Shown one piece after another: positions 1-8,102 of a DNA stretch of 17,870 bases. How positions within the stretch are numbered: position 1 is the stretch's first letter; every line of letters starts with the position of its first letter. The notes under the pieces are model-generated. The model was given only the letters and a program-made list of their open reading frames with translations. It did not search any database and was not told the origin of the DNA. Made by a program: the position numbers and the translations under genes. The stretch lies in NCBI GenBank assembly GCA_039803745.1, contig JBDRZD010000037.1, positions 1 through 17,870 on the forward strand, written 5' to 3'. The DNA is from a candidate division WOR-3 bacterium. GTDB lineage: Bacteria; Hydrothermota; Hydrothermia; Hydrothermales; Hydrothermaceae.

Positions 1-57
1 TTTTTAGAGATAAAAGTTAATGAAAAGAAGAAAAAATTTAAAATTTTGAAAATATGA
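1..57 (+). CDS. 3' end of an upstream gene (partial), possibly a T9SS-like C-terminal sorting domain
   Basis: Frame 1 reads FLEIKVNEKKKKFKILKI then TGA at 55-57. This resembles the CTD tail '(GxY)Fxxx...KxxKxxxx' seen in the 529-aa and 1172-aa proteins. Only 18 codons are visible. Confidence 0.4.
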   Translation, partial: FLEIKVNEKKKKFKILKI

Positions 58-109
58 TTTTTTTTCAATAATCTTTCACTTTTAAAATTTTATGGTATTC
101 TACAAATAA

Positions 110-139
110 TTGACAAAAAAAATTTAAATAGAGTATAAT
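110..139 (+). promoter_or_regulatory. Sigma70-type promoter TTGACA-N18-TATAAT
   Basis: Perfect -35 (110-115) and -10 (134-139) hexamers in the intergenic region, upstream of the RBS of the first gene. Confidence 0.8.
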
Positions 140-151
140 TTTAAAGTTTTT

Positions 152-159
152 AAGGAGGT
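152..159 (+). promoter_or_regulatory. Shine-Dalgarno AAGGAGGT
   Basis: Full consensus SD immediately before the ATG at 163. Confidence 0.85.
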
Positions 160-162
160 AAA

Positions 163-423
163 ATGTATAAAAAATTAAGTGTAGTGATGATAATTTTTAT
201 AAGCATAATGGGGTGTGCAAAGGGTGTATCAAAGGAAACAATGAACCAGCTTGAGGAAACAAGGAGGGCTCTTGAAGCTGCTAAGGCTGCATTGAATGAA
301 TGCAGGTCTGAAAAAGAAAATTTGACAAATCAGAAAACAGAAAAGGAAAACCTTTTAAAGAACCTTGAAAAGGAAAGGGATTCTCTTTCAAAACTCCTTG
401 AGGCTATAAAACAGGGATATTAA
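163..423 (+). CDS. Small coiled-coil lipoprotein (Lpp-like architecture)
   Basis: Basic N-region (MYKK), hydrophobic core, lipobox-like IMG-C18. The remainder is a heptad-patterned helix with one internal Cys (C47). Strong SD. Confidence 0.8.
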   Translation: MYKKLSVVMIIFISIMGCAKGVSKETMNQLEETRRALEAAKAALNECRSEKENLTNQKTEKENLLKNLEKERDSLSKLLEAIKQGY

Positions 424-433
424 AGGGGGTAAG

Positions 434-1015
434 ATGAAAAAAATTTCATTTATTTTATTTTTCCCTTTTATTCTTTTTTCGCAGGAAAAGCTTACAGAAA
501 AAAGGGCAAGAGAAATTATAGACTCTTTAAAGGCTGTTTTAAATGAAGTCCAGGCAGAACTTTCAAACTGTCAGAATGAAGTAAATCCTTTGAGATCTGA
601 ATGTGCAAATTTAGATGAAAAAATAGGTTCTTTACAGAAAGAGATAAATTCTTTAAAAGAAGAAATTTCAAAATATCCTTCTGAATACACTGTTAAAAAA
701 GGAGATTTTCTTTCAAAAATAGCAGAGTATAAATTTATTTACGGAACTTACAAGGCATGGCCAAGAATATACAGGGCAAATCTTGATAAAATAAAGAACC
801 CTAACCTCATATATCCCGGAGAGGTTTTAAAGATACCACATGGTCTTGATAAAACATATACTGTGATAAGGGGTGATTATCTTTCCAAAATTTCCTCTTT
901 CTGGTGGATATACAGAAATGCAAGGGAGTGGAAGAAGATTTATGAAGCAAATAAAGATAAGATTAAAAATCCCAACATTATTTATCCGGGACAGGTGCTT
1001 ACAATACCAAGATAA
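434..1015 (+). CDS. Exported coiled-coil protein with two LysM peptidoglycan-binding domains
   Basis: Signal peptide MKKISFILFFPFILFS-Q; coiled coil at about aa 20-80; two YTVxxGDxLSKI...IYxAN.DKIKNPNxIYPGxVLxIP LysM repeats. SD AGGGGGT. Confidence 0.92.
   Translation: MKKISFILFFPFILFSQEKLTEKRAREIIDSLKAVLNEVQAELSNCQNEVNPLRSECANLDEKIGSLQKEINSLKEEISKYPSEYTVKKGDFLSKIAEYKFIYGTYKAWPRIYRANLDKIKNPNLIYPGEVLKIPHGLDKTYTVIRGDYLSKISSFWWIYRNAREWKKIYEANKDKIKNPNIIYPGQVLTIPR
683..1012 (+). repeat. Tandem LysM domain duplication (about 683-838 and 854-1012)
   Basis: EYTVKKGDFLSKIA...NPNLIYPGEVLKIP versus TYTVIRGDYLSKIS...NPNIIYPGQVLTIP. Confidence 0.85.
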
Positions 1016-1048
1016 AAAAATTTTTAAAAATTATTTATTTTTAGGTAA

Positions 1049-2002
1049 GTGGAGAAGGTAATTTCATTAAAAAATTTTCCTTTAAAAGAAGTTTTTGGTC
1101 TTGCTAACGAAAATTTAAGGATCCTCAAGGAAAGCTTTCAGGGAAAAATTTACATAAGGGGTGAGGAGCTTTTCTTTACAGGAGATGAAAGAGAATTTGA
1201 AATTTTAAAAAGGGTTATTAAAATACTTGAAAAAATGGCAAAGGAAGGCACCTTTTTAGAAAAAGATGAAATAATTTCTGCTTTTGAAATGGCAAAACTT
1301 GGTGAAGAAAAAGAATTTGAAAAGGATTATATTATTACTCCTAAAAAAATTATATATCCGAAATCAGAGAATCAAAAAAATTATATTTATTCTTTGAGAG
1401 AAAATGATATTGTTTTTGCAGTTGGTCCTGCAGGAACAGGAAAGACATTCCTTGCAGTAGGGGTTGCAATAGAATTTTTAAGGATTAAAAAAGTTGAGAG
1501 GATTGTTCTAACCCGTCCTGCTGTTGAAGCAGGTGAATCCCTTGGCTATCTTCCAGGAGATTATAAAGAGAAGGTTGAACCTTATCTTGTGCCCCTTTAT
1601 GATGCTCTTTTCCAGATGATTCCTTATGATAAGATAAAAAAATACACAGATGCAGGCATTATAGAGATAGCACCACTTGCTTATATGAGGGGTAGAACAC
1701 TTTCTAATGCCTTTATCATTCTTGATGAAGCTCAGAATACTACGCCACTTCAAATGAAGATGTTTTTAACAAGAATTGGACTTTTTACAAAAGTTGCAGT
1801 AACAGGAGATATAACGCAGATTGACCTTCCCCCAAATCTTCCTTCTGGAATGAAAGTTGCAATGGAAATTCTCAAAGGTATAAAAGGGATAAAATTTTGT
1901 TATTTTGACAAAAATGATGTTGTGAGACATCCAGTTGTTAAGGAAATAATAGAGGCTTATGAGAGATATGAAGAAAAGAAAAGAAGGGATCAGGAAAGAT
2001 AG
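1049..2002 (+). CDS. phoH: PhoH-family ATPase (YbeZ-like)
   Basis: Motifs GPAGTGKT (Walker A), TRPAVEAGESLGYLPGD, YMRGRTL, ILDEAQN, TGDITQID, VVRHPVV. GTG start. Canonical neighbour of ybeY. Confidence 0.96.
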   Translation: MEKVISLKNFPLKEVFGLANENLRILKESFQGKIYIRGEELFFTGDEREFEILKRVIKILEKMAKEGTFLEKDEIISAFEMAKLGEEKEFEKDYIITPKKIIYPKSENQKNYIYSLRENDIVFAVGPAGTGKTFLAVGVAIEFLRIKKVERIVLTRPAVEAGESLGYLPGDYKEKVEPYLVPLYDALFQMIPYDKIKKYTDAGIIEIAPLAYMRGRTLSNAFIILDEAQNTTPLQMKMFLTRIGLFTKVAVTGDITQIDLPPNLPSGMKVAMEILKGIKGIKFCYFDKNDVVRHPVVKEIIEAYERYEEKKRRDQER

Positions 2003-3983
2003 ATTTTATAAATTTTTCATTTCTATTTCTTTTATAATTTTAATTACTCTTTTATATCCAGGGGATAGAGGAAATTTAAAAAGGATTTATTTCAGGGTAG
2101 GAGAAATAGTGCCCTATGATATAATTTCACCTGTTGAACTTAAAGTTCCGAAAGAAAAAGAGGAAATAGAAAAGGAAATTGAAATTACAAAAAGAAATAT
2201 AAAACCTTATATTTTTAGAAATCCTGAATTTAAAGAAAATATAGGAAATATAGAGATAAAGAATTTTATTTTAGAAAGAGATAAAGAAATTTTTATGAAA
2301 AAATTTAATGAACTTTATGGGAATTTAATTAAAAAGATAATAGTAGAGGACAAGGAAATATTAAAAAAATATGGAGATGAGGTTATTTTAAAAGAAGATG
2401 GAAAAGAAAAAGAAATAAGTTTGAATGAGATTATTGATATAAAAGATGTTGAAGAAATTGTTAAGAAAAAAAGTGAAGAATTTTATCCCGGGAACATTAA
2501 AATACAAAGAATTTTTTATGAGATTTTTTTAACTTCTTTTAAACCAAATTACAAATTTGACGAAGATTTTACAAAAAGGAGGATAAAGGAAGCAGAGCTT
2601 TCAATAATTCCTTATAAATATGTGATATTAAAAGGGGAAAAAATAATTGGTGCCCATGAAAGAGTTACCCCTCAAGTTGAAGAAAAATTATTTTTCCTGC
2701 AGGAAATGCTGAAACAAAGGGGGGTTAAGACTTTTGAAAATAGATGGGGTATTTTTCTTCTTTTCTCCTTTATATTTATGATATTCTATTATGTCACTCG
2801 TTTTTACTTTAAGAAAATTTATAATGATATTCTAAATTTAAGCGCCCATTTCATAAATTTAACCACTTTAATCATATCATCATACATTCTAATAAAACTT
2901 AATTTAGATTATTATTTTGTACCTTTTCCATTCTTTGCTATTATTTCCGGAATTATTTCTTCTCCTCTTTTTGGTATATTTATGAATTTTTTAGGTTCTC
3001 TGTATCTTTCAATATATTTTGGTTCATCCCTTGCTGTTTTCCTGTTTTTTATATTCATGGGAACCATAGGAGTTCTTCTCATAAGATTTTTAAAAACAAG
3101 ATTTTATTTATACACAAGTATTTTAATAATTTTCTTAACCGGTTCTATAATAACTATTTTTCTTTCTTTTATTTTCGGAGTTAAATATGATATTAATAAA
3201 ATTTTCATAGGTAACCTTTTATCCAGCGTAATCTCCATTTCATTTTTATCAATTTTTCTTATTCTTTATGAAAGAATTTTTGGTATTACAACAGATTTTG
3301 TTCTAATGGAACTTTTAAATTTGTATCATCCTTTATTAATAGAACTGAAAAATAAAGCAAGAGGAACTTTTGTGCATTCAGAAATCGTTGCAAATATTGC
3401 AGAAAGTGCGGCAAAGGTTATCGGTGCAAATTCACTTCTTGCAAAGGTTGGCGCTTATTTTCATGATATAGGTAAACTTGTAAATCCTGATTACTATGCA
3501 GAAAACCAGACTGAATATAATCCCCATGATAGGCTCTCTCCTAAAATAAGCACTTTAATAGTGAAAAATCATGTAAAATATGGAGTTGAACTGGCGAAGA
3601 AATATAAATTACCAAAAGAAATTATAAATATTATAGAGACCCATCACGGTACCACCTGTATGGTTCCCTTTTATGAAAAAGCAAGGATTTCGGACCCCAA
3701 TATACGGGAAGAAGAATTCAGGTATCCGGGACCTAAACCGAAAACGAAAGAAGAAGCAGTTATAATGCTTGCTGATACTGTTGAAGCAGCAGTGAGAAGC
3801 CTTGACGAAGTCAGTCCATTAAAAATAAGAGAAGTTGTGAGGGAAATGATAAATAGAAGATTTATGGATGGTCAGCTTGATGAATGTGATATTAAAAGAA
3901 AGGATCTTGAAAAAATAGAAGAAATATTTGTGCCCATTCTTATTTCCCAGTTCCATGCAAGACCTGAATATAAAAAATTTTAG
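1959..3983 (+). CDS. pgpH: 7TM-HD (HDIG) membrane phosphohydrolase, PgpH/YqfF-like cyclic-di-AMP phosphodiesterase
   Basis: N-terminal TM, extracytoplasmic domain ending KGEKIIGAHERVT, a multi-TM block, then an HD domain with HS..VANIAE, YFHDIGK, NHVKYG, THHGT, FRYPGPKP, LADTVEAA. Lies between phoH and ybeY as in Firmicutes. The start may be the ATG at 1968. Confidence 0.88.
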   Translation: MRDMKKRKEGIRKDRFYKFFISISFIILITLLYPGDRGNLKRIYFRVGEIVPYDIISPVELKVPKEKEEIEKEIEITKRNIKPYIFRNPEFKENIGNIEIKNFILERDKEIFMKKFNELYGNLIKKIIVEDKEILKKYGDEVILKEDGKEKEISLNEIIDIKDVEEIVKKKSEEFYPGNIKIQRIFYEIFLTSFKPNYKFDEDFTKRRIKEAELSIIPYKYVILKGEKIIGAHERVTPQVEEKLFFLQEMLKQRGVKTFENRWGIFLLFSFIFMIFYYVTRFYFKKIYNDILNLSAHFINLTTLIISSYILIKLNLDYYFVPFPFFAIISGIISSPLFGIFMNFLGSLYLSIYFGSSLAVFLFFIFMGTIGVLLIRFLKTRFYLYTSILIIFLTGSIITIFLSFIFGVKYDINKIFIGNLLSSVISISFLSIFLILYERIFGITTDFVLMELLNLYHPLLIELKNKARGTFVHSEIVANIAESAAKVIGANSLLAKVGAYFHDIGKLVNPDYYAENQTEYNPHDRLSPKISTLIVKNHVKYGVELAKKYKLPKEIINIIETHHGTTCMVPFYEKARISDPNIREEEFRYPGPKPKTKEEAVIMLADTVEAAVRSLDEVSPLKIREVVREMINRRFMDGQLDECDIKRKDLEKIEEIFVPILISQFHARPEYKKF

Positions 3984-4353
3984 AGTCAATTTTTATACTA
4001 CTTCAAAAAAGGGTTTCCCATTTTTTTCTAAAAGAAAAATAAAAAAGATATTTGAAAAAGAAAAATTAAAAGGAATAGAAGAAATAAATGTTATAATTGT
4101 TGGGGACCAAAAAATCAGAAAGCTAAATAAAAAATTTTTGAAAAGAGATAGAATTACTGATGTCCTGTCTTTCAATCTTGGCGAGGTTGCTGAAATATAT
4201 ATATGTAACAGATTTATTAAGGAAAAAGAAGAATTTTTAAAATTGCTCTTTCATGGGTTTGCCCATATTTTAGGTTTTGACCATAAAAATAAAAAAGAAA
4301 GAAAGATTATGGAAAATTATGAAAATAAACTCTTGGAAGAATACAAAAAGTAA
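3955..4353 (+). CDS. ybeY: rRNA maturation endoribonuclease YbeY
   Basis: Motifs IRKLNKKF..RDRITDVLSF, EIYIC and the Zn motif HGFAHILGFDH. ATG at 3955 preferred over TTG at 3928; the start is uncertain. Confidence 0.93.
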   Translation: MQDLNIKNFRVNFYTTSKKGFPFFSKRKIKKIFEKEKLKGIEEINVIIVGDQKIRKLNKKFLKRDRITDVLSFNLGEVAEIYICNRFIKEKEEFLKLLFHGFAHILGFDHKNKKERKIMENYENKLLEEYKK

Positions 4354-5295
4354 ATGATTTTACCAATTTTTTTAATTTTAATGCTTTTTGTTCTTTCTTT
4401 CCTGATCTCCGGTACCGAGACTGCTTATTTTTCTTTGAGAAAAAAGGATATTCTCTTTTTAAAAAAAGAAAGTGATTTCTTAATAAAAATTTTTCATCAT
4501 CCTGAAAGATTTATTGTTATCATTATTGTCTTGATTAACTTAACGCACTCTTTTGCTTCAAGCATATTTACAGAAATTTTTTGCAATTTCTTTCCCCGAA
4601 GAGAAATTATTTTAAATGACATTTTAATAACTGTTTTCTTTTCAATAATATTATTTATATTTACAGAACTTTTACCAAAAAATATTGCTTTTTTATCTCC
4701 TGAAAGATTTGCTTCATTTATAACCCCCCTTTTTAAATTTCTTTATATATTTTTTGAAAAACTTTTATTCCCGGTCATTTTTCTATTTTCTCTTTTAAGA
4801 AAACTGATGTTTAAAAGGAAAAAATATGAGGGTTTTATTGAGGAATTAAATAAAAGTTTGAGCATAATAGAAAAAATGGGCGAAATAGAAAGGGAAGAAA
4901 AAATTTTAATTGAAAATATTATAAAAGCAAGGAAAATACATGCAAAGGAGATAATGGTTCCTTATGAAAAAATGAAATCTTTTCCTCCTGATAAAAAGAT
5001 AAAAGAAATTTTGAAAGAGGAAATAGTATATTCCCATATCCCGGTAATTCATCAAGATAAAATAATGGGTGTTGTTAAGATATGGGAAATTTTTAAAGAA
5101 GAAAACAATGAAAGGCATATTTATGAGATTCTGAGCCCCTGTTCTTTTTATGATGAAAATATAGTTATAGCAGATTTATTTTTAAAAATGGTAAAAGAGA
5201 AAGAAGAATTTGTTATTCTAAAAAGAGGAGAGGATATTTCAGGATGTGTTACAATCCGTGATATTTCTAACTTTTTTTTGAAAGATATTCAATAA
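4354..5295 (+). CDS. CNNM/DUF21 transmembrane plus CBS-pair protein (CorB/HlyC-like Mg2+/Co2+ transporter family), no CorC_HlyC tail
   Basis: Motifs FLISGTETAYFSL and FTELLPKNIA (DUF21), then AKEIMVP, YSHIPV, GCVTIRDI (CBS). Start abuts the ybeY stop (TAA ATG). Confidence 0.85.
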   Translation: MILPIFLILMLFVLSFLISGTETAYFSLRKKDILFLKKESDFLIKIFHHPERFIVIIIVLINLTHSFASSIFTEIFCNFFPRREIILNDILITVFFSIILFIFTELLPKNIAFLSPERFASFITPLFKFLYIFFEKLLFPVIFLFSLLRKLMFKRKKYEGFIEELNKSLSIIEKMGEIEREEKILIENIIKARKIHAKEIMVPYEKMKSFPPDKKIKEILKEEIVYSHIPVIHQDKIMGVVKIWEIFKEENNERHIYEILSPCSFYDENIVIADLFLKMVKEKEEFVILKRGEDISGCVTIRDISNFFLKDIQ

Positions 5296-6214
5296 TCTTT
5301 TTAAATACTTCTTCAGGTTTTATTTCTTTTAAGCATTTTTTATCAAATTTACATTTTCCTTCTCCATGTATACTGCAGGGTCTGCATTTTAAAAATTTTT
5401 CAAATACAACCCCATTTCCCCTTGGTTTAAAACCAAATTCAGGAAGTGTTGGTCCATAAATAGCAAAAACAGGCTTTTTATATGCTTCTGCTATTTGAAC
5501 CCCAACAGTATCATTAGAAACAACAAAATTGGAATTTTTTACAATATAAAATGTTTCTTTCCAGGAAGTTTTTCCTCTTAAATCAATAAATATTTTATTT
5601 TCAAAGCCCTTTTCTTCTTTATCTTTCTCATCTCCCAGAATTACTAATTTAATATTTAATTTTTCATTAAGCATTTCCCCAAGTTTTTCATAAAAATCTA
5701 TAGGCCATTTTCTTTTTTCAAAAAAGCCTCCCGGAAAAAAAACAGCATAATTTTCTGGTAAACCTTTATATTCTTTTTCATTATATAAAAATGGCATAGG
5801 AAGCTCCCCATTTATCCTTAAATTTTTTTTAATAGATTCAAAAAATATTTCAGAAAAATGAAATCCTTTGGGTTTTATTTTAAAAAGAACAGCCAATTTC
5901 CTTCTTATTGAATTTTTTCTTGGTCTTTTTATCTTTGCAGGTAATAATAAGATTGAATAAAGAGTTGATAGTATTTTTTTATTGAAATCAAAAACAATAT
6001 CAAATTTTTCTTTTCTTAATTTTTTAATATTTTCAAAGAAATTATCTTCAATAAAAAAAAATTTTTCAATAGATGGATTCCCTTCAAGAATTTCATAAAA
6101 TTTTTTACTCATTAAAAAGCTTACCTTGATTTTATTTTTTTTTAAAACTTCAAGAATAGGTGTTAAAACTATGAGATCTCCTGCCTTTCCGAATCTTATA
6201 AAAAGAATTTTCAT
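5267..6214 (-). CDS. Glycosyltransferase family 9 (LPS heptosyltransferase WaaF/WaaC-like)
   Basis: Motifs MKILFIRFGKAGDLIVLTP, FPGG...RKWP, DLRGKTS, VSNDTVG, AIYGPT and a C-terminal CRPC...C...C cluster. Confidence 0.9.
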   Translation of the reverse strand: MKILFIRFGKAGDLIVLTPILEVLKKNKIKVSFLMSKKFYEILEGNPSIEKFFFIEDNFFENIKKLRKEKFDIVFDFNKKILSTLYSILLLPAKIKRPRKNSIRRKLAVLFKIKPKGFHFSEIFFESIKKNLRINGELPMPFLYNEKEYKGLPENYAVFFPGGFFEKRKWPIDFYEKLGEMLNEKLNIKLVILGDEKDKEEKGFENKIFIDLRGKTSWKETFYIVKNSNFVVSNDTVGVQIAEAYKKPVFAIYGPTLPEFGFKPRGNGVVFEKFLKCRPCSIHGEGKCKFDKKCLKEIKPEEVFKKIIEYLSKKS

Positions 6215-7182
6215 TCAACTCTAATAAAAGAAAAGTATTTATCTTTATTTTCTTTAAACCATTCCCATGTCAATTTAAGTCCCTCTTCAAAAGAGATTTT
6301 TGGATAAAATCCGAACAATTTTTTTGCTTTTTCAAATGTGCCAGTAAGATTATCTATTTCAACTTCCTTAGGTCTTTCTCTTTTTTCATCTCTTATTATT
6401 TTAAAATCTTCTTTTGAAATCTCTTTTATTTTTTCAATAACTTCTGTCACACTATAACTTTTTCCAGAACAGAGTATTATTTCTTCACCAAATCCTTTAT
6501 CACTTTCTAATATGTTTATAATTCCATTTACAATATCAAGAACATATGTAAAATCTCTTTTCGGATAAAGATTTCCTATTCTTACTGCTTTTCCCTTTAA
6601 AACCTGAAGCATTATAGAAGGGATTAATGCTCTTTGCGATTGCCTTGGACCAAATGTGTTAAAAGGTCTTACAATTTTGAATGGAATTTTATAATATTCT
6701 CCGTAACTTTTTACAAACTCATCCATAAATATTTTTGAAGCAGCATAAGGGGACTTTGCTGATTTTGGATGATTTTCATCTATTGGAAGATAGTTTATTT
6801 TACCATAAACTTCTGATGTGGAAATATGGATTAGAGGGATCTTTTTATTTTTTAAATTTTCCATTAAATTTATTATTATTGAGATGTTGTTAAATACTGT
6901 GCTCCTTGGAAAAACAAAAGAGTAGGGAATAGAGATAAGGCTTGCAAGGTTTATTACATAGTCTACATCTTTTACTGCTTCAGAGACAACCTCTGGATCC
7001 TGAAGGTCTCCGAAGATTATTTCAATTTTTTCTAAAATTTCTTTTTCTAAAAAATTTAAATTTGCAAGATTTGCAGTTGATGTATACCTTAAAATAATTT
7101 TTAATTTGTATCCCCTTTTGAAAAGTTCCTCACATAAAAAAGAGCCAATAAATCCACCCGAACCTGTTAAAAGGATTTTCAT
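6211..7182 (-). CDS. NAD-dependent nucleotide-sugar 4,6-dehydratase/epimerase (extended SDR, LegB-like subfamily)
   Basis: Motifs TGSGGFIG, LASLISIPYS, STSEVYG, catalytic YAASK, RPFNTFGPRQSQRALIP, GNLYPKRDFTYV. ATGA overlap with the GT9 gene. Confidence 0.9.
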   Translation of the reverse strand: MKILLTGSGGFIGSFLCEELFKRGYKLKIILRYTSTANLANLNFLEKEILEKIEIIFGDLQDPEVVSEAVKDVDYVINLASLISIPYSFVFPRSTVFNNISIIINLMENLKNKKIPLIHISTSEVYGKINYLPIDENHPKSAKSPYAASKIFMDEFVKSYGEYYKIPFKIVRPFNTFGPRQSQRALIPSIMLQVLKGKAVRIGNLYPKRDFTYVLDIVNGIINILESDKGFGEEIILCSGKSYSVTEVIEKIKEISKEDFKIIRDEKRERPKEVEIDNLTGTFEKAKKLFGFYPKISFEEGLKLTWEWFKENKDKYFSFIRVE

Positions 7183-8102
7183 TTTTCTTTAATTTTTGTT
7201 TCAATTTTCTGGATTCTATCATATATTCCTGCAAGTCCTTCACCTATAAATCCAATGGCAAAAAGCAAAAGCCCTGATATTATCAAAAGCATGCATAAAA
7301 GAATAAGGGTTCTATTTCCTTTGTTAAAACCGTATCTTAAAATTACTGCTATTATCCCCACTAAAAATCCAAGAAAAATTGAAATTAAACCTGTTGTTCC
7401 AAAAAAGAGCATTGGTTTATATAAAAATGTTAATTGAAATTTAACTGCAATTAAATCCATAAAACCAACTATTATTCTTCCAATTCCCCTGTATTTACTT
7501 TTACCTGCTCTTCTTTTTCTTAAACTCACAGGTAATTCTGTAATATTATAACCCATTTCCCACGCAAAAGGGATTATATATCTGTGCCAATCTTTTCTAA
7601 GTGGAATTTCTTCAAGAATTTCTTTTTTAAAAGCCTTCATTGCATTCATATCAGAAACAGGAACTTTAAATACAATTCTTGCGAGTTTATTATAAATAGT
7701 TGAAACAAATTTTTTTTCATAATTTCCAATTTTTTTACCTGCTATAAGGTCATATCCTTCTTCTATTTTTTCAACTAATCTTTTTGCATCCTCAAGGGTA
7801 AATTGAAGGTCAGCATCAAATATTACAAGTATCTTGCCTCTTGCATATTTTGCACCAACACCAAGAGCTTTTGTTTTCCCCTGATTTTTTGAATACCTAT
7901 AAGCCCTTAAATATTCTTTACCTTTTGAAAGATTTAAAAATTTTTCATAAGTTTTATCTATTGAGCCATCATCAATTAATATAAATTCCCAATCTTCTAT
8001 CTTATGCTTTTTTAAAAAATCCTCTATTTCCTCAATTAAATAGGGGATATTTTCTTCCTCGTTATAAGCAGGAATTAGAACTGATACTTTAACCTGTTTC
8101 AA
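7179..8102 (-). CDS. GT2 polyprenyl-phosphate glycosyltransferase (ArnC/GtrB/DPM1-like)
   Basis: Motifs [42 protein letters not shown] and two C-terminal TM helices. TTG start overlaps the atpB end by 14 nt. Confidence 0.9.
   Translation of the reverse strand: MKQVKVSVLIPAYNEEENIPYLIEEIEDFLKKHKIEDWEFILIDDGSIDKTYEKFLNLSKGKEYLRAYRYSKNQGKTKALGVGAKYARGKILVIFDADLQFTLEDAKRLVEKIEEGYDLIAGKKIGNYEKKFVSTIYNKLARIVFKVPVSDMNAMKAFKKEILEEIPLRKDWHRYIIPFAWEMGYNITELPVSLRKRRAGKSKYRGIGRIIVGFMDLIAVKFQLTFLYKPMLFFGTTGLISIFLGFLVGIIAVILRYGFNKGNRTLILLCMLLIISGLLLFAIGFIGEGLAGIYDRIQKIETKIKEK

Noticed and set aside
424..440. 17-nt sequence AGGGGGTAAGATGAAAA repeated exactly in inverted orientation at 17570-17586
   Set aside because: It is simply SD + spacer + ATG AAA at two gene starts. 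No transposase or target duplication is present, so these are not mobile-element ends.
1012..1045. A/T-run quasi-palindrome after the LysM gene as a terminator
   Set aside because: The stem is all A-T and expected by chance at this composition. A weak attenuating role cannot be excluded.
873..1061. 62-aa plus-strand ORF
   Set aside because: Alternate frame inside the LysM gene, with no motifs.
3928..3954. TTG start for ybeY at 3928
   Set aside because: It adds a non-family extension and a 56-nt overlap with pgpH. The ATG at 3955 or a later start is more plausible.
1508..5118. Short minus-strand ORFs 1508-1753, 3993-4175 and 4906-5118
   Set aside because: Antisense shadows of phoH, ybeY and the CNNM gene, with no SD or recognisable domain.
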